From NCBI RefSeq assembly GCF_004010195.1, contig NC_057717.1, positions 102,686,358 to 102,722,986 on the forward strand: a DNA stretch of 36,629 nt, read 5' to 3'. The stretch comes from Chiloscyllium plagiosum (Eukaryota). How positions within the stretch are numbered: position 1 is the stretch's first letter; each line of letters starts with the position of its first letter. The notes under the pieces were generated by a model, which saw only the letters and a list, made by a program, of their open reading frames with translations, ran no database searches and was not told the origin of the DNA. Positions 12,611 through 22,900 of the stretch are shown in pieces. Both the position numbers and the translations under genes were made by a program.

Positions 12611-12814
12611 CTTAAAAATCACATCACACCAGGTTACTGTCCAACAGATTTATTTGGAAGTACTAGCTTTCGGTGCCATCAGGTGATTGTGGACTGATGA
12701 AGGAGCAGCGCTCTGAAAGCTAGTGCTTCCAAATAAACCTGTTGGACTGTAACCTGGTGTTGTGTGATTTTTAATTTTGCCCACCCCATTCCAACACTGG
12801 CTCCTCCACATCAT
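12611..12814. mobile_element. Penelope-like palindromic remnant, family B, with near-intact hammerhead core at 12694-12722 (+)
   Basis: Inverted arms; CTGATGA-A-GGAGC-agc-GCTCT-GAAAGCTA. Stem II closes with G-U and stem I is broken. Confidence 0.7.
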
Positions 12815-12829
12815 GATCCCCGGTTGTGT

Positions 12830-13665
12830 TGAGGTTTGTGAGATGAAGAGTAGGAGATGGTGCCTTTACAGCAAATCTGTGATGAAGGTGTTTGATGGGA
12901 GTTGTGGTGGGTTGGTACAAATCAGAGTGGCTGTGTCTGACATCCACATCCACAAGAGGAAGTTACCACACCCGGTTACGATTTAATGCAGGAAGTGATT
13001 GGACCACTGCGACAATACTACGGCTTTAACAGGTGAATTTTATCCTGTTTTTTATGACAACAGGTTGAGACAGAGGAGCCAAGCAGTCTGCTCAAAGCCA
13101 ATAAAGTAAACAGTGTGTGAGGTCTTGGGTTTTTGTTTTAAAGTTGGAACAATAGAAGCAGCCTGAATGATGGAGTCAAGCTCCCACAGAATCAGGAGTT
13201 TTAGTGTTAGCTTTCTGCAATTGCTGGGGTCTTGAAGCTGGATGTAGAAGTTCTTATTCCCCTCTCTGTCACAGCTAAAAGCTGGGGTTCTCTGCCTGCT
13301 GCTAGTATTGCATATGAGACAATCTGTTTTACTGAATTTGCCTTTGCCAAGGGTGTGCTTATGGGAACAGTAGTGGTTAATATCTATATTGTTTTGTTAA
13401 GTATTTTAAGACCGTTATACCAGTTAATATCTATATTATTTTGTTGAGCATTTTGAGAGAGTTACAGTTCAGCCAATTCCATTATTTTTATTTTGACTAG
13501 ATTTTAATTTTGGTGTGTGAATAAAGTGTGTTTTGCTTACAACCTGGTAGTTTGGACAATCATATTGCAACTCGGATGCCACATCTTCCCCTTAATATAA
13601 GAGAAATACTCTGGGATCTAGACTATCTTAATGTATATTGAGGGGGTTTGGTCTGGTCCATAACA
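12830..13665 (+). mobile_element. Probable solo LTR
   Basis: About 830 nt ending ..ggtccataaCA, with AATAAA at about 13520; 5' TG boundary and TSD not resolved. Confidence 0.4.
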
Positions 13666-13839
13666 CTGTTCCCTAATCAGTTCCAGGACTAGCAGTGGTT
13701 GCTGGTGAATGGAGGGGTGGAGAGGGGGTGCTACATGAGTTGAGGGTGGTAGGGCTGCAGGTGTTGTGTGACACTGTGCCTCTGTTGTGACCTTACTGTT
13801 TCTTCTTCTTTACCCCCAACCCCCCCCGTGCTCCCTCAG

Positions 13840-13971
13840 GGTGATATCCAGCAGCTGCTGCTGTCAGCAGACCCGAAAGCAGCTTACAGCTACTGTGATC
13901 GCTACATCCCCGACTGCGACAGCCTCCTACCATACGCCCTGCGACTCCCGGACCCCGTCTACGAGGAGGAG
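13840..13971 (+). CDS. col5a3: Collagen V/XI exon (about exon 5), end of TSPN/PARP domain: GDIQQLLLSADPKAAYSYCDRYIPDCDSLLPYALRLPDPVYEEE
   Basis: Acceptor ctccctcag|GGT, donor GAG|gtgggt, 132 nt. The GDIQQ..DP.AAY.YC..Y.PDCD motif is diagnostic of the COL5A1/COL5A3/COL11A1/COL11A2 group. Confidence 0.96.
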
Positions 13972-16900
13972 GTGGGTGCGCTCCCGTGATCTGCTCTTGC
14001 TGACTTGCTGCGCTCTCTGCCCGAACCCCCTTTGCGCCCCGCCGAATCGACGGAGAACCTGAGAGTCGGGCAAGCGGCCAGTGACCCACATCTCCTCCCC
14101 CATCCTGGCCGTGTGTCCCGAGGGAGTCTGCCTTTGGCCTGGACTCGATCTGATCTCGAGGGAAGTGACTGGAGTCTGGCCAGTGGAAGCTTAAACTCTA
14201 TCAAGAGAAAGTTCAAAATGACACAACACCAGGTTATAGTCCAATTACAACCTGATGTTGTCTGATTTTGAACTTTGTCCACCCCAGACCAACACCGTCC
14301 ACTCCACATCATGTCAAGAGATGTTGCGCTAATTCTCGAACATTCGGGGCTCTCAGTTAAAAACCTAAGCGCTGTAAGGTGTTTGCAGTTCCCCTCTGTT
14401 TGTTCCCAGTTTTGAAACCAGCAAGGGTCTGGCAGTTTCTGTGGGGGGAGAGAGAGGGACAGAAACAGAGTTAACCCTTCCAAGTCCAATGTGACTTTTG
14501 ACTTCAGAAGCCTGGCAGACCAGCTGGGCTTTGGCATTATTTCCTGTTCTCATCTTTTTGTTCTTGGGCTTGCAGCTGCTCCTTTCCAAGTTCAGTCTTG
14601 CTGCCGTTGTGTTAGGGCTGCAGACATTTGGGAATCGATGACGGCCTAGTCTGGGTTTGGTGCGACGGAATGAGACTGGCTCCTCCGGGGGGTTTGGCTC
14701 ACCTCTCCTCATGTTGCAGCCAGATTTCCGTTTCCGTCTCCCCGTGACTGGGAGAGGCAGTGTCACCTCACTCCCATGTCCAGAGCTTTAAGAAACCATT
14801 GAGTTGGTATCTAACCAGAACACTTAGGCAGCTGCTTATACTATGGCTGCAAAGTTTGGAAGCTGGGGGGGTGGCTGAAATCAGACAACAGGGGGATGTT
14901 TAAAGATTCCCCTACAACTATGACCCACTCTGATCCAGCAGAACGTAACCGATGGGCAGGAAGGACACAACAGAGCCTTGACACAAAGCCCACTTCAGGG
15001 TACGCCATTGTATCCTCGGTTAGATCCAAGTCTACCACTGTCAGAAATGATTTCCTCTACAGCTGCCAGCTTCCCAAGGAGCTGGTATTCCTGGTGAGCC
15101 CCGTAACCTCACACGGCCAGCTATGGTGGTTGGGAACGGGGCCTAGTTTGGAAAGGGGTGCCAAGGTAGAAGGGGAGTCTGCCCACTCCTGCCCCCCTCC
15201 CATTCCTCCCAATTTTGATTCAGTTATGTTTCTGTCTGTGTGTGTGCGACATGCTTCTTGTTTTCAGATTGGTGCTAAGTGAGAGTCTCCGACACCCTCT
15301 CACACCACACAGCGGTGCAGGAATTCCGCACACCTCCGAAGGGAAAGGCAGCTCCCCGAGACACTCGGCCTTTCTCATTTGGTCATTCAGCCTTCTTTAC
15401 TCGCAATCTTTCTCTGGCCATTCCATCATTTCTCTCATGAGCGCCCTTTACTTCATTTACCTTCTCGGTTTCCCATGACGGCTGGTTTTCCTTACTCCTG
15501 CTAATGTGTGTCCAATTCCTCTCTTTATCAGGTTGTCTCCGATGGGATACCATTATCGAACTACTCCAATGCCCTCTGCCCAGTTTCCACCTTCCATAAA
15601 AAAGACTTGAGCTCCTCAACTACTCTGCTGATTTACAGTGAATCCCACCCTCCCACCTCCTCCTGTGATGACTGTCTTGAGTTGTCAACCATTCTGGCAG
15701 TGCCTTCAATTTAAATCTTACGTTATTGTATTCACATCCTTGAGTTGCTTCATCCACTGTAACGTTCCTCACCCCTACAACCCTCTGGATTTTAACTCCA
15801 CCCTCCCTGATTTCAGTCACTGCACCCCTGAGAGCTCTGGACCCTGAAGTCTGGAATGTCCTCCCTAAACATCTCCTCCTTTCAACCTCTCTTCTTTTGC
15901 CTTCCTCTGCAAAAACATGTGCCTCCCTTGGCAAATCCTCAATCACCATAGCACTCCACTATTGATGCCACATCTTCTGCCAGTCTCTGGAATTTCCTCC
16001 TTAAATCCCTCTGCACCACCTCCTCTCCCTTTTGAGATACTGCTGAAAACCTACGTGTGGTTTGCGTCTCGCAAGTGTTTGTCAAAGAGACATCTTTGGA
16101 TGTATTCCCAGACGGGTTTTCCAGCTTCAGTCAGCTCGCCTGATGTCCAAACAATCTTTTTTCCCAACTCCCACATTTTTATAACTTAATAATTCAGGGG
16201 AAGCGTTGCGATGATCTTAATGCACCTTAGGTGTTTCGTTTGGTGTTTCCTGTCAGTGGATCTCAGATGAGATGGTTTGAGAGAAGGAGAGTGAGTGATA
16301 ATGGACATAGTAATCCACAGAGATCCAGGCTCTTGTTCTGGGGAATATTGATCCAACTCCCACAACGGCAACCGGTGGAAATTAAAATAAATTTAAAAGT
16401 TAAAGTCTGAAATTGAAAACTGGTCCCAGTGACGATGACCATGAAGCTAACAATGCTTGTCCTAAGAATTCATTAGGGAGGGAAATTTGCTGTTTATACC
16501 CGATCTGTCCTACATGTCACTCCAGACCCACAGTGTAATATCTCCACAGAGACTGGTATCCCGTTACCAGGTCACCCATTATTTACACGTAGACTCATAC
16601 AGCATGGAAGCAGACCCTGTGGTCCAACCACTCCACGCTGAACATGATCCCAAACTAAACCAGGCCTGCTCCTGGCCCAAATACCTCCAAACAATTCCTA
16701 TTCAAATGTCTTTTAAACATTGCATTATACCCACATCCACCGCTTTCTCAGGAAGTTCCTTCCACATGCGAACCACCCTCTGTCTAAAACATTTTAATTC
16801 TCTCTCCACTCACCTTACAAATGTGCCACCAAGCCTCGAAATTCCCCTATCCTCAGGAAAAGACAAATACCATGTAAGTCTCATTATTTTACATACATCT

Positions 16901-19900
16901 ATAACGTCGCCTCCCAACCCGCTACACTCCAGTGAAAAAAACTCCCAGCCTATCCAGCCTCTCTCCATAACTCAAACCCCCTATACCTGGCAATATCATG
17001 GTAAATCATGAACAGTCCTTAACTCTAGTACTGCCTCGTCAGAGTCAACTTTCAGAGTGAACAGAACCTCTGACCCTCCTGTTTATTTCTGATGAAGGGC
17101 TTTTGCCCGAAACGTCGATTTTCCTACTCCTCGGATGCTGCCTGACCTGCTGTGCTTTTCCAGCACCACTCTAACCTAGACTCTGATTTTCAGCATCTGC
17201 AGGACCCACATCTGCCTGTTGATATCTGTCAGCCAGGACTCCCTGATTGGAACAGCCCCAGTCAGGGGATTCATATTCTATGAGGTTCCTCTGGCTGACA
17301 TCGTTACAATCACTACACACAACACTGTGGTTGACTTTTATCTACCGTCTGAAATGGGACAACACTAGGTTATAGTCCAACAGGTTTAATTGGAAGCACT
17401 AGCTTTCGGAGCGCTGACAATCACCTGATGAAGGAGCGTCGCTCCGAAAGCTAGTGCTTCCAATTAAGCCTGTTGGACTATAACCTGGTGTTGCATGATT
17501 TTTAACTTTGTACACCCCAGTCTAACACCGGCATGTCCAAATCTGAAATAGGAGACCACTTCAAGGGCGGTTAAGGACAGGTAACAGTCACGCTCTCACC
17601 CCATCAAAGAAGAAGACTGATGAGATGAATCTTTACATAATTGGAGACTCTGGGACAAGCGTCTGTCTAACCTAGACTGATCTTGACGCCACAATCGCAA
17701 ATTGCCTGAAAGTTGGCCAACTCGGAACAATGGAGGTGTTCCTCTCCCTCATGAGAGAAGATGGTGGTCTCACCTTTTTTGCCCCTGCCCCCTTCCACCG
17801 GCCCTCCCCCTCCCCCTCTTCCTCTCTGTATGTCTCCTCCGCTTCAGTCTGTCTTTCTCGCTGCTTTTTACAGACAGCCACCACCCGGCCCCGCCACAAA
17901 AAGAGGAGGAAGGGTCGCAAACGCTCTAGAAAGAAGGGCAAGGGCAGATCAAAGAAATCGAAAAAAAACCGCAGAAAGAAGAAGAAAGATCGGGCCGCTC
18001 GGCAAAAAATAGAAACTTTTGGGGTTGGGGAACAGGTAGACACGAAAACAAAAAATCCGATTGAGCTCCTTCTTAGGACAATGTAGGAGGAGCTTGGATG
18101 AGCTTTAATGATTGATACATATGATACAGCTAACACAGACTTAATACAGCCTTGCGGACCTCGATAAAGCCCTGTTCATATTACACTCCCAGTCTAGACA
18201 TTCTTAGTAGCTCCTTCATGAGATGTGCGTTTGTCCCAGTGAGAGTGGGAGGGGTGGACTTTGAGGAGGTGAGGAGATGGAGGTGAAGTGGAGTCAACAG
18301 TTTGGCGGTTAGCTTTCTTCTTGGGAGATCGGATAGCTCAGTTGGCTGGGCAAATGGTTTCTGATCATCACGGGTTCAACAATGCCCACCCCAGCTGAAG
18401 GTTACCCCGAAGGACTGTCCTTCTCAACCTCTCCCCTCGCCTGAGGCCTGGTGACCCTCAGGCAAAAGCAGCCCCAGCTCTCTCCAATGAAAGAATGAGA
18501 CAATGGTGCTAGCGAGTTTTGAGAAGATTTGTAGCTCAGGTTGAGGTTCTGGATGTAGGTTTGCTCGCTGAGCTGGAAGGTTCATTTTCAGACATTTCGT
18601 CACCATACTAGGTAACATCTTCAGTGAGCCTCCGGACGAGACCGGAATGGTGCCTTTACCAATTAATGTTAACTGAGAAAGGTAATCAAGGTCGAAAGTT
18701 GTTGGCCAATGACTTCTGATTGATTAGTTCCTGGCGTCCAAATACTCCCCTGTTTGGAATGCACAAATGTGCTCTAGATCTGACAGTGGTTCTTTCAAAA
18801 CGTTCACTCTCTTCACTGTTATTGTAAAATTGGGGTTGGTACCTGGTGACTTCAGACCCAGTTTTCCGACACGTTCTCCTCCATCCTGAGTTGAACATAT
18901 ATTGCCATTCCTTTAGTGTTGCTGGGTCAAAATGCTGGAACCCCCACCCCTCCCACACACAATGTACTTGCACCAAATGCACTGCTGCAATTCAAGATGG
19001 CAGCTCACCCCCAACCTTCTCCAGGGCAGCTAAAGATGGCCAATCAGTGGTGACCTAGCCAGCAATGCCTGTGCTCCTGAATGAAAAGTTTGTGTACCCT
19101 AAAATATTTGTCACACCATTGAACACAAGTCTGATCAAAACCTTTGAGGTTCTGTGCCACAATTCCATGTTTGTTCGCTGCAAACATTGGGACAGTCCTC
19201 ATTGGGAATCCCTGCTGTCAGTGTCTGAAAGGTAACAGCTAGCTTGGGTCAGGAGGGGACCATTCAGGATCCTCTAGAATCTTGTACCATTCAGTAAGAT
19301 CTGTATCTCAATTCCGGCCTCTTGTGTTCCATATCCCATAGTGTCCCCTCATCCAACAGGTCGCATCTCTTGACGTTTTTGATTGGTTTCGGAATGCATA
19401 GAATTGCAGAGTGTTTCCAAGGAAGGGTGTGCCATCGATGGAACAGAGAGGGGTGGTGGGATTGGTGGAGTATTTAGGGTGTTGGGATTGCGAATGGGGT
19501 CCAAGGTTTCGGAATTGAGAAGAATTAGTGCGAGAAACTGGGGTTCGGTTTTGTGTGTCAACTGGTGATAGTGGAAAGAAAGCTCCCCCCCCCATGGCCT
19601 GTACTCTGACCAGGTTCCGTGTAATCTGAATGGGGCTTGAGGTGCTTATTTCTGGCAAGACGACTGAATGTGTCACTGATAATCGCAATGCGTCGCTTCA
19701 CAGCAGTAACTGATCACAATAATCTGGCTTTCTGCCCGTACTGCATTGCTCGACTTTAACATCACGCATTATTCAGAGTCGCTTTTGCGCTGCCCCACAG
19801 GCTGATTTTGTTTTAATCTTCAAGGTTTTCTCTGTCTGTAAATTGTCGAACTCCGGTCCGAAGGTAGGTTGCCGGGTGTGGACTGACGGACGCGTCCAGG

Positions 19901-22900
19901 CGCTTTTTGACGTCTGGAGGGGGCAGCTATTGGGTTGTACTCGGTTAGAATGTAGAACATAGGACAATACAGCGCAGAACAGGCCCTTTGGCCCTCAATG
20001 TTGCGCCGACCTGTGAACTATTCCCCTTACACCACCCTTAGGCTACACTACACTTAGGCTGCAGGTCCGTTTGGAATCCTGTAATGTCCTCCCCATCGCC
20101 GTCACCTTTTCAGATGTTACACCGGTCACCGAGACTCCCTCAGGTGGGGCTTAACCCCCCTCCCCAGGCGTTGTCCTCGGGGAGCAAGCTCAGCTGCTCC
20201 AGGGTGCACCAGGCCATTTGCTTCATTGGTCAAGAGGGATACGGACCAAATGTGGGCAATTGGAACTAGCTGAGTGGGCACTATGGTCAGCATGGAGCAA
20301 TTTGGGCATGAGGAACAGGCTTCTAGGGAGGGAGGGAGGGAGGACTCATCGGGGTGAGGACAGTGTGGATTCCACCAAGCCCAAAAAACAAAACGCATTT
20401 TAATACGAATTAAAAATGATGGACACTTCCTTGGTGACGTACTGAGTTCCCTTCAGTGAGTAGGCAAATTGTCAGTGTGGCTTAAGCCGATTCCTTGTCC
20501 TGGCAACTGTTCCCCCGGAGCTGGGCAAAATCAAATTCCCTTTTCCCCCTTCTGAGGCTGGTTACTTGCCTCTTGTCATAGAGTGATACAGCATGGATAG
20601 GGGCCCTTCAGCCCAAACTGCTCCATGCCGACCATGGTGCCCACTCAGCTAGTTCCAATTGCCCACATTTGGTCCGTATCCCTCTTAAAGTCTTCCCATC
20701 CATGTACGGAACCAAACGTTCTTTAAACATTTCATGTAGAAGCCCTCCGATGACGGTGAGTCCGGAATATGGCCTCCTGTTCCGTGCTGCGTTACATTTG
20801 GGATGGACTCCTGCTGTTGTCACTTGGTCAATAGAGCGAGTCAGAGGCAGACATTGTGTCTTCAAGGAGGAGCTCGCTACAGCTCTTAAAGGGACCAAGG
20901 GATATGGGGATGAGCTCAATGATCAGCCATGATCATATTGATTGGTGGGGCTTACCCCTGCTCCAGCTCCTTAGCTCAGGTAATAGGGAAGGGCAGGGGG
21001 GAGCTGATCCCCATCCTATCCCAGTTTCACACACCCCCCGCCCTCCTCCAACATCATATTGATTGGTGGGGCTTACCCCTGCTCCAGCTCCTTAGCTCAG
21101 GTAACAGGGAAGGGCAGGGGGGGAGCTGATCCCCATCCTATCCCAGTTTCACACACCCCCCCGCCCTCCTCCAACCCCCCTGAACAAAATCACAGCCAGA
21201 GAAGGGTCAGTCCAGGCCTACTGCTCAGGTGCCTAACACCCTTTCGCTTTCTCCCCAGGACAAGGAGCAGCCTCAACTAGAGGAAGCAGAGAATAATTAC
21301 GATTATTTCCTTGGTGCGGAATACTACACTGATTTGGAATCGGTCCTCCTCAACTCCTCTGCGAATGCTGAGGTTGGAGCAGAAAACGTGACCGACCACG
21401 AGGTAACCCCTTTGCCTGAAAGCCGGGGCTCCTTTAAGATTCCCCATCCGCATGCAGTTGCTGACGGTGCAGAGGGATGGTTGAGGCTCAGTGGAGCATG
21501 AGCATGGCTAATGGACAGACCTCCAGACAGATTAACCTTCAGGAGGTGTGGCCGATATGAGCTGTCCCTTTGTCAGGGATCAGGAATAATTCCACAGTCG
21601 GTCTCCTGTTCCCACCCCCCTGGCCCAAAGTGAGATTGAAGTTCCATTCCCTTTGTACCCTGTCCCTTCTCCAACATGTGACTGTAGAGAATTCCCACCC
21701 CCCCCGGGGGAATTCCCAGCAGCCTTGATTTCACCACGGAGTGGGTCTTGGTGAAGGGAGAGAGTGCACTGGCATGGACCTGTCACAGACTGACCTTTGG
21801 TTGGCTGGCAAACCCAAAGGCTGGTTCACCAGGAAGTTGCTGGATTGGCCATTTTGCTGCTTTCTGACCGACTGCAGTCACTGACTCAGGAATCACTGAC
21901 CGTTAAGTGGCTACTACTGTGTCATTAGGCTTTTAATCTCTCTCCCTCCTCCCTCCCTCTCCTCTCTTTATGTCTCTTCTTTCTTCTCTCTTCCTTTTTC
22001 TCTTTCTCTCTCCATTCTCTTTTCTCTCTCTTTCTCTCTCCCCTCATCTCCCTCCTCTCACTGTCTCCCTCCTTTTTGCTTTCTCTCTGCCTCCTATCTT
22101 CTCTCTTTCTCTCTCTTCATGCTCTCCGTCTCCCTCTCTCTGTCCACTCTCTGTGACTCCCCTCTCTATATTTGTCTGTCTATCTCTCTTTGTCTCTTTG
22201 CTTCTCTCTGTCTCTCTCTCTCTCTCTCTGTCCTCTCTTCACTCTCTCTTTCTCTTCAATGTCTCTCTGCCTTCTTTCTTCTGTCTCCTCTCTCCCTCTC
22301 TCTTTGTTTGACAATGGTGGACTAATGGGTGTAAGGACCCTTGAGTGTTTCCTTGGAGATTGCCTGCTCATTTTGCCTTGTCCGGGGAGTTTTGAGTGTG
22401 CTGGCTATCATTGTCCTCTCTACCAGCAGAGAGAAGGTAGACTGCCCTCTCCTCTCACCTTGGGCTAGTAGGAATCGCCCTGTCAGCAGATTGGTTGAAC
22501 ATTAAGAAAGCTGTTTCTTTGGCTTTCAGACATGCTGAGTCTTCCTGAAGATATGACAGGTGCTATATATTCGAAAAGCTTTTCATAGACTCCCTACAGT
22601 GTGGAAATAGGCCACTTGGTCCAACAGGTCCACACCGATCCTCTGAAGAGTAACTCACCCAGACCTCTTCCCCTACGTTTCCCATGACTATTCCACCTAA
22701 CCTACACATCCCGAAGCAGTGTGGGGAATTTCCCATGAAAATTCCATCTAACCTGCACTTCTTTGGATTGTGGGAGCAAACTCACGCACACATGGGGAGA
22801 ACGTGCAAACTCCACACGGACAGTTGCCCGAGGCTGGAATCGAACCTGGGACCCTGGTGCTGTGAGGCAGCAGTGCTAACCACTGAGCCGCCCATGTGTG

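Larger units (their letters stand above)
16534..17317 (-). mobile_element. Solo LTR (TG...CA), itself interrupted by a CR1 fragment and a Penelope-like arm
   Basis: Termini TGTA..TACA; 5-bp TSD cacag (16529-16533) / cacaa (17318-17322). Strand inferred from a poly(A)-signal-like aataat on the minus strand. Confidence 0.65.
16290..17610 (+). mobile_element. SINE family B split by nested insertions (16290-16533 and 17318-17610)
   Basis: The 5' half ends ..tccagacccacag and the 3' half resumes cacaacactgtggttgact.., collinear with intact copies. Confidence 0.7.

Noticed and set aside
1..13839. Expected preceding TSPN exon (WHR..A.SV..VTL..DC..GTR)
   Set aside because: No such translation was found by eye. 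AG|GTGG at 11461 gives W but then unrelated sequence, so the exon is presumably upstream of the window.
15255..15285. Acceptor-like ttcttgttttcag
   Set aside because: Phase-0 reading stops after four codons (IGAK*) and there is no supporting homology.
17730..18086. Standalone protamine- or histone-like basic protein ORF
   Set aside because: The basic part is bounded by splice sites in phase with the collagen exons, and the ORF's 5' part is a polypyrimidine tract.
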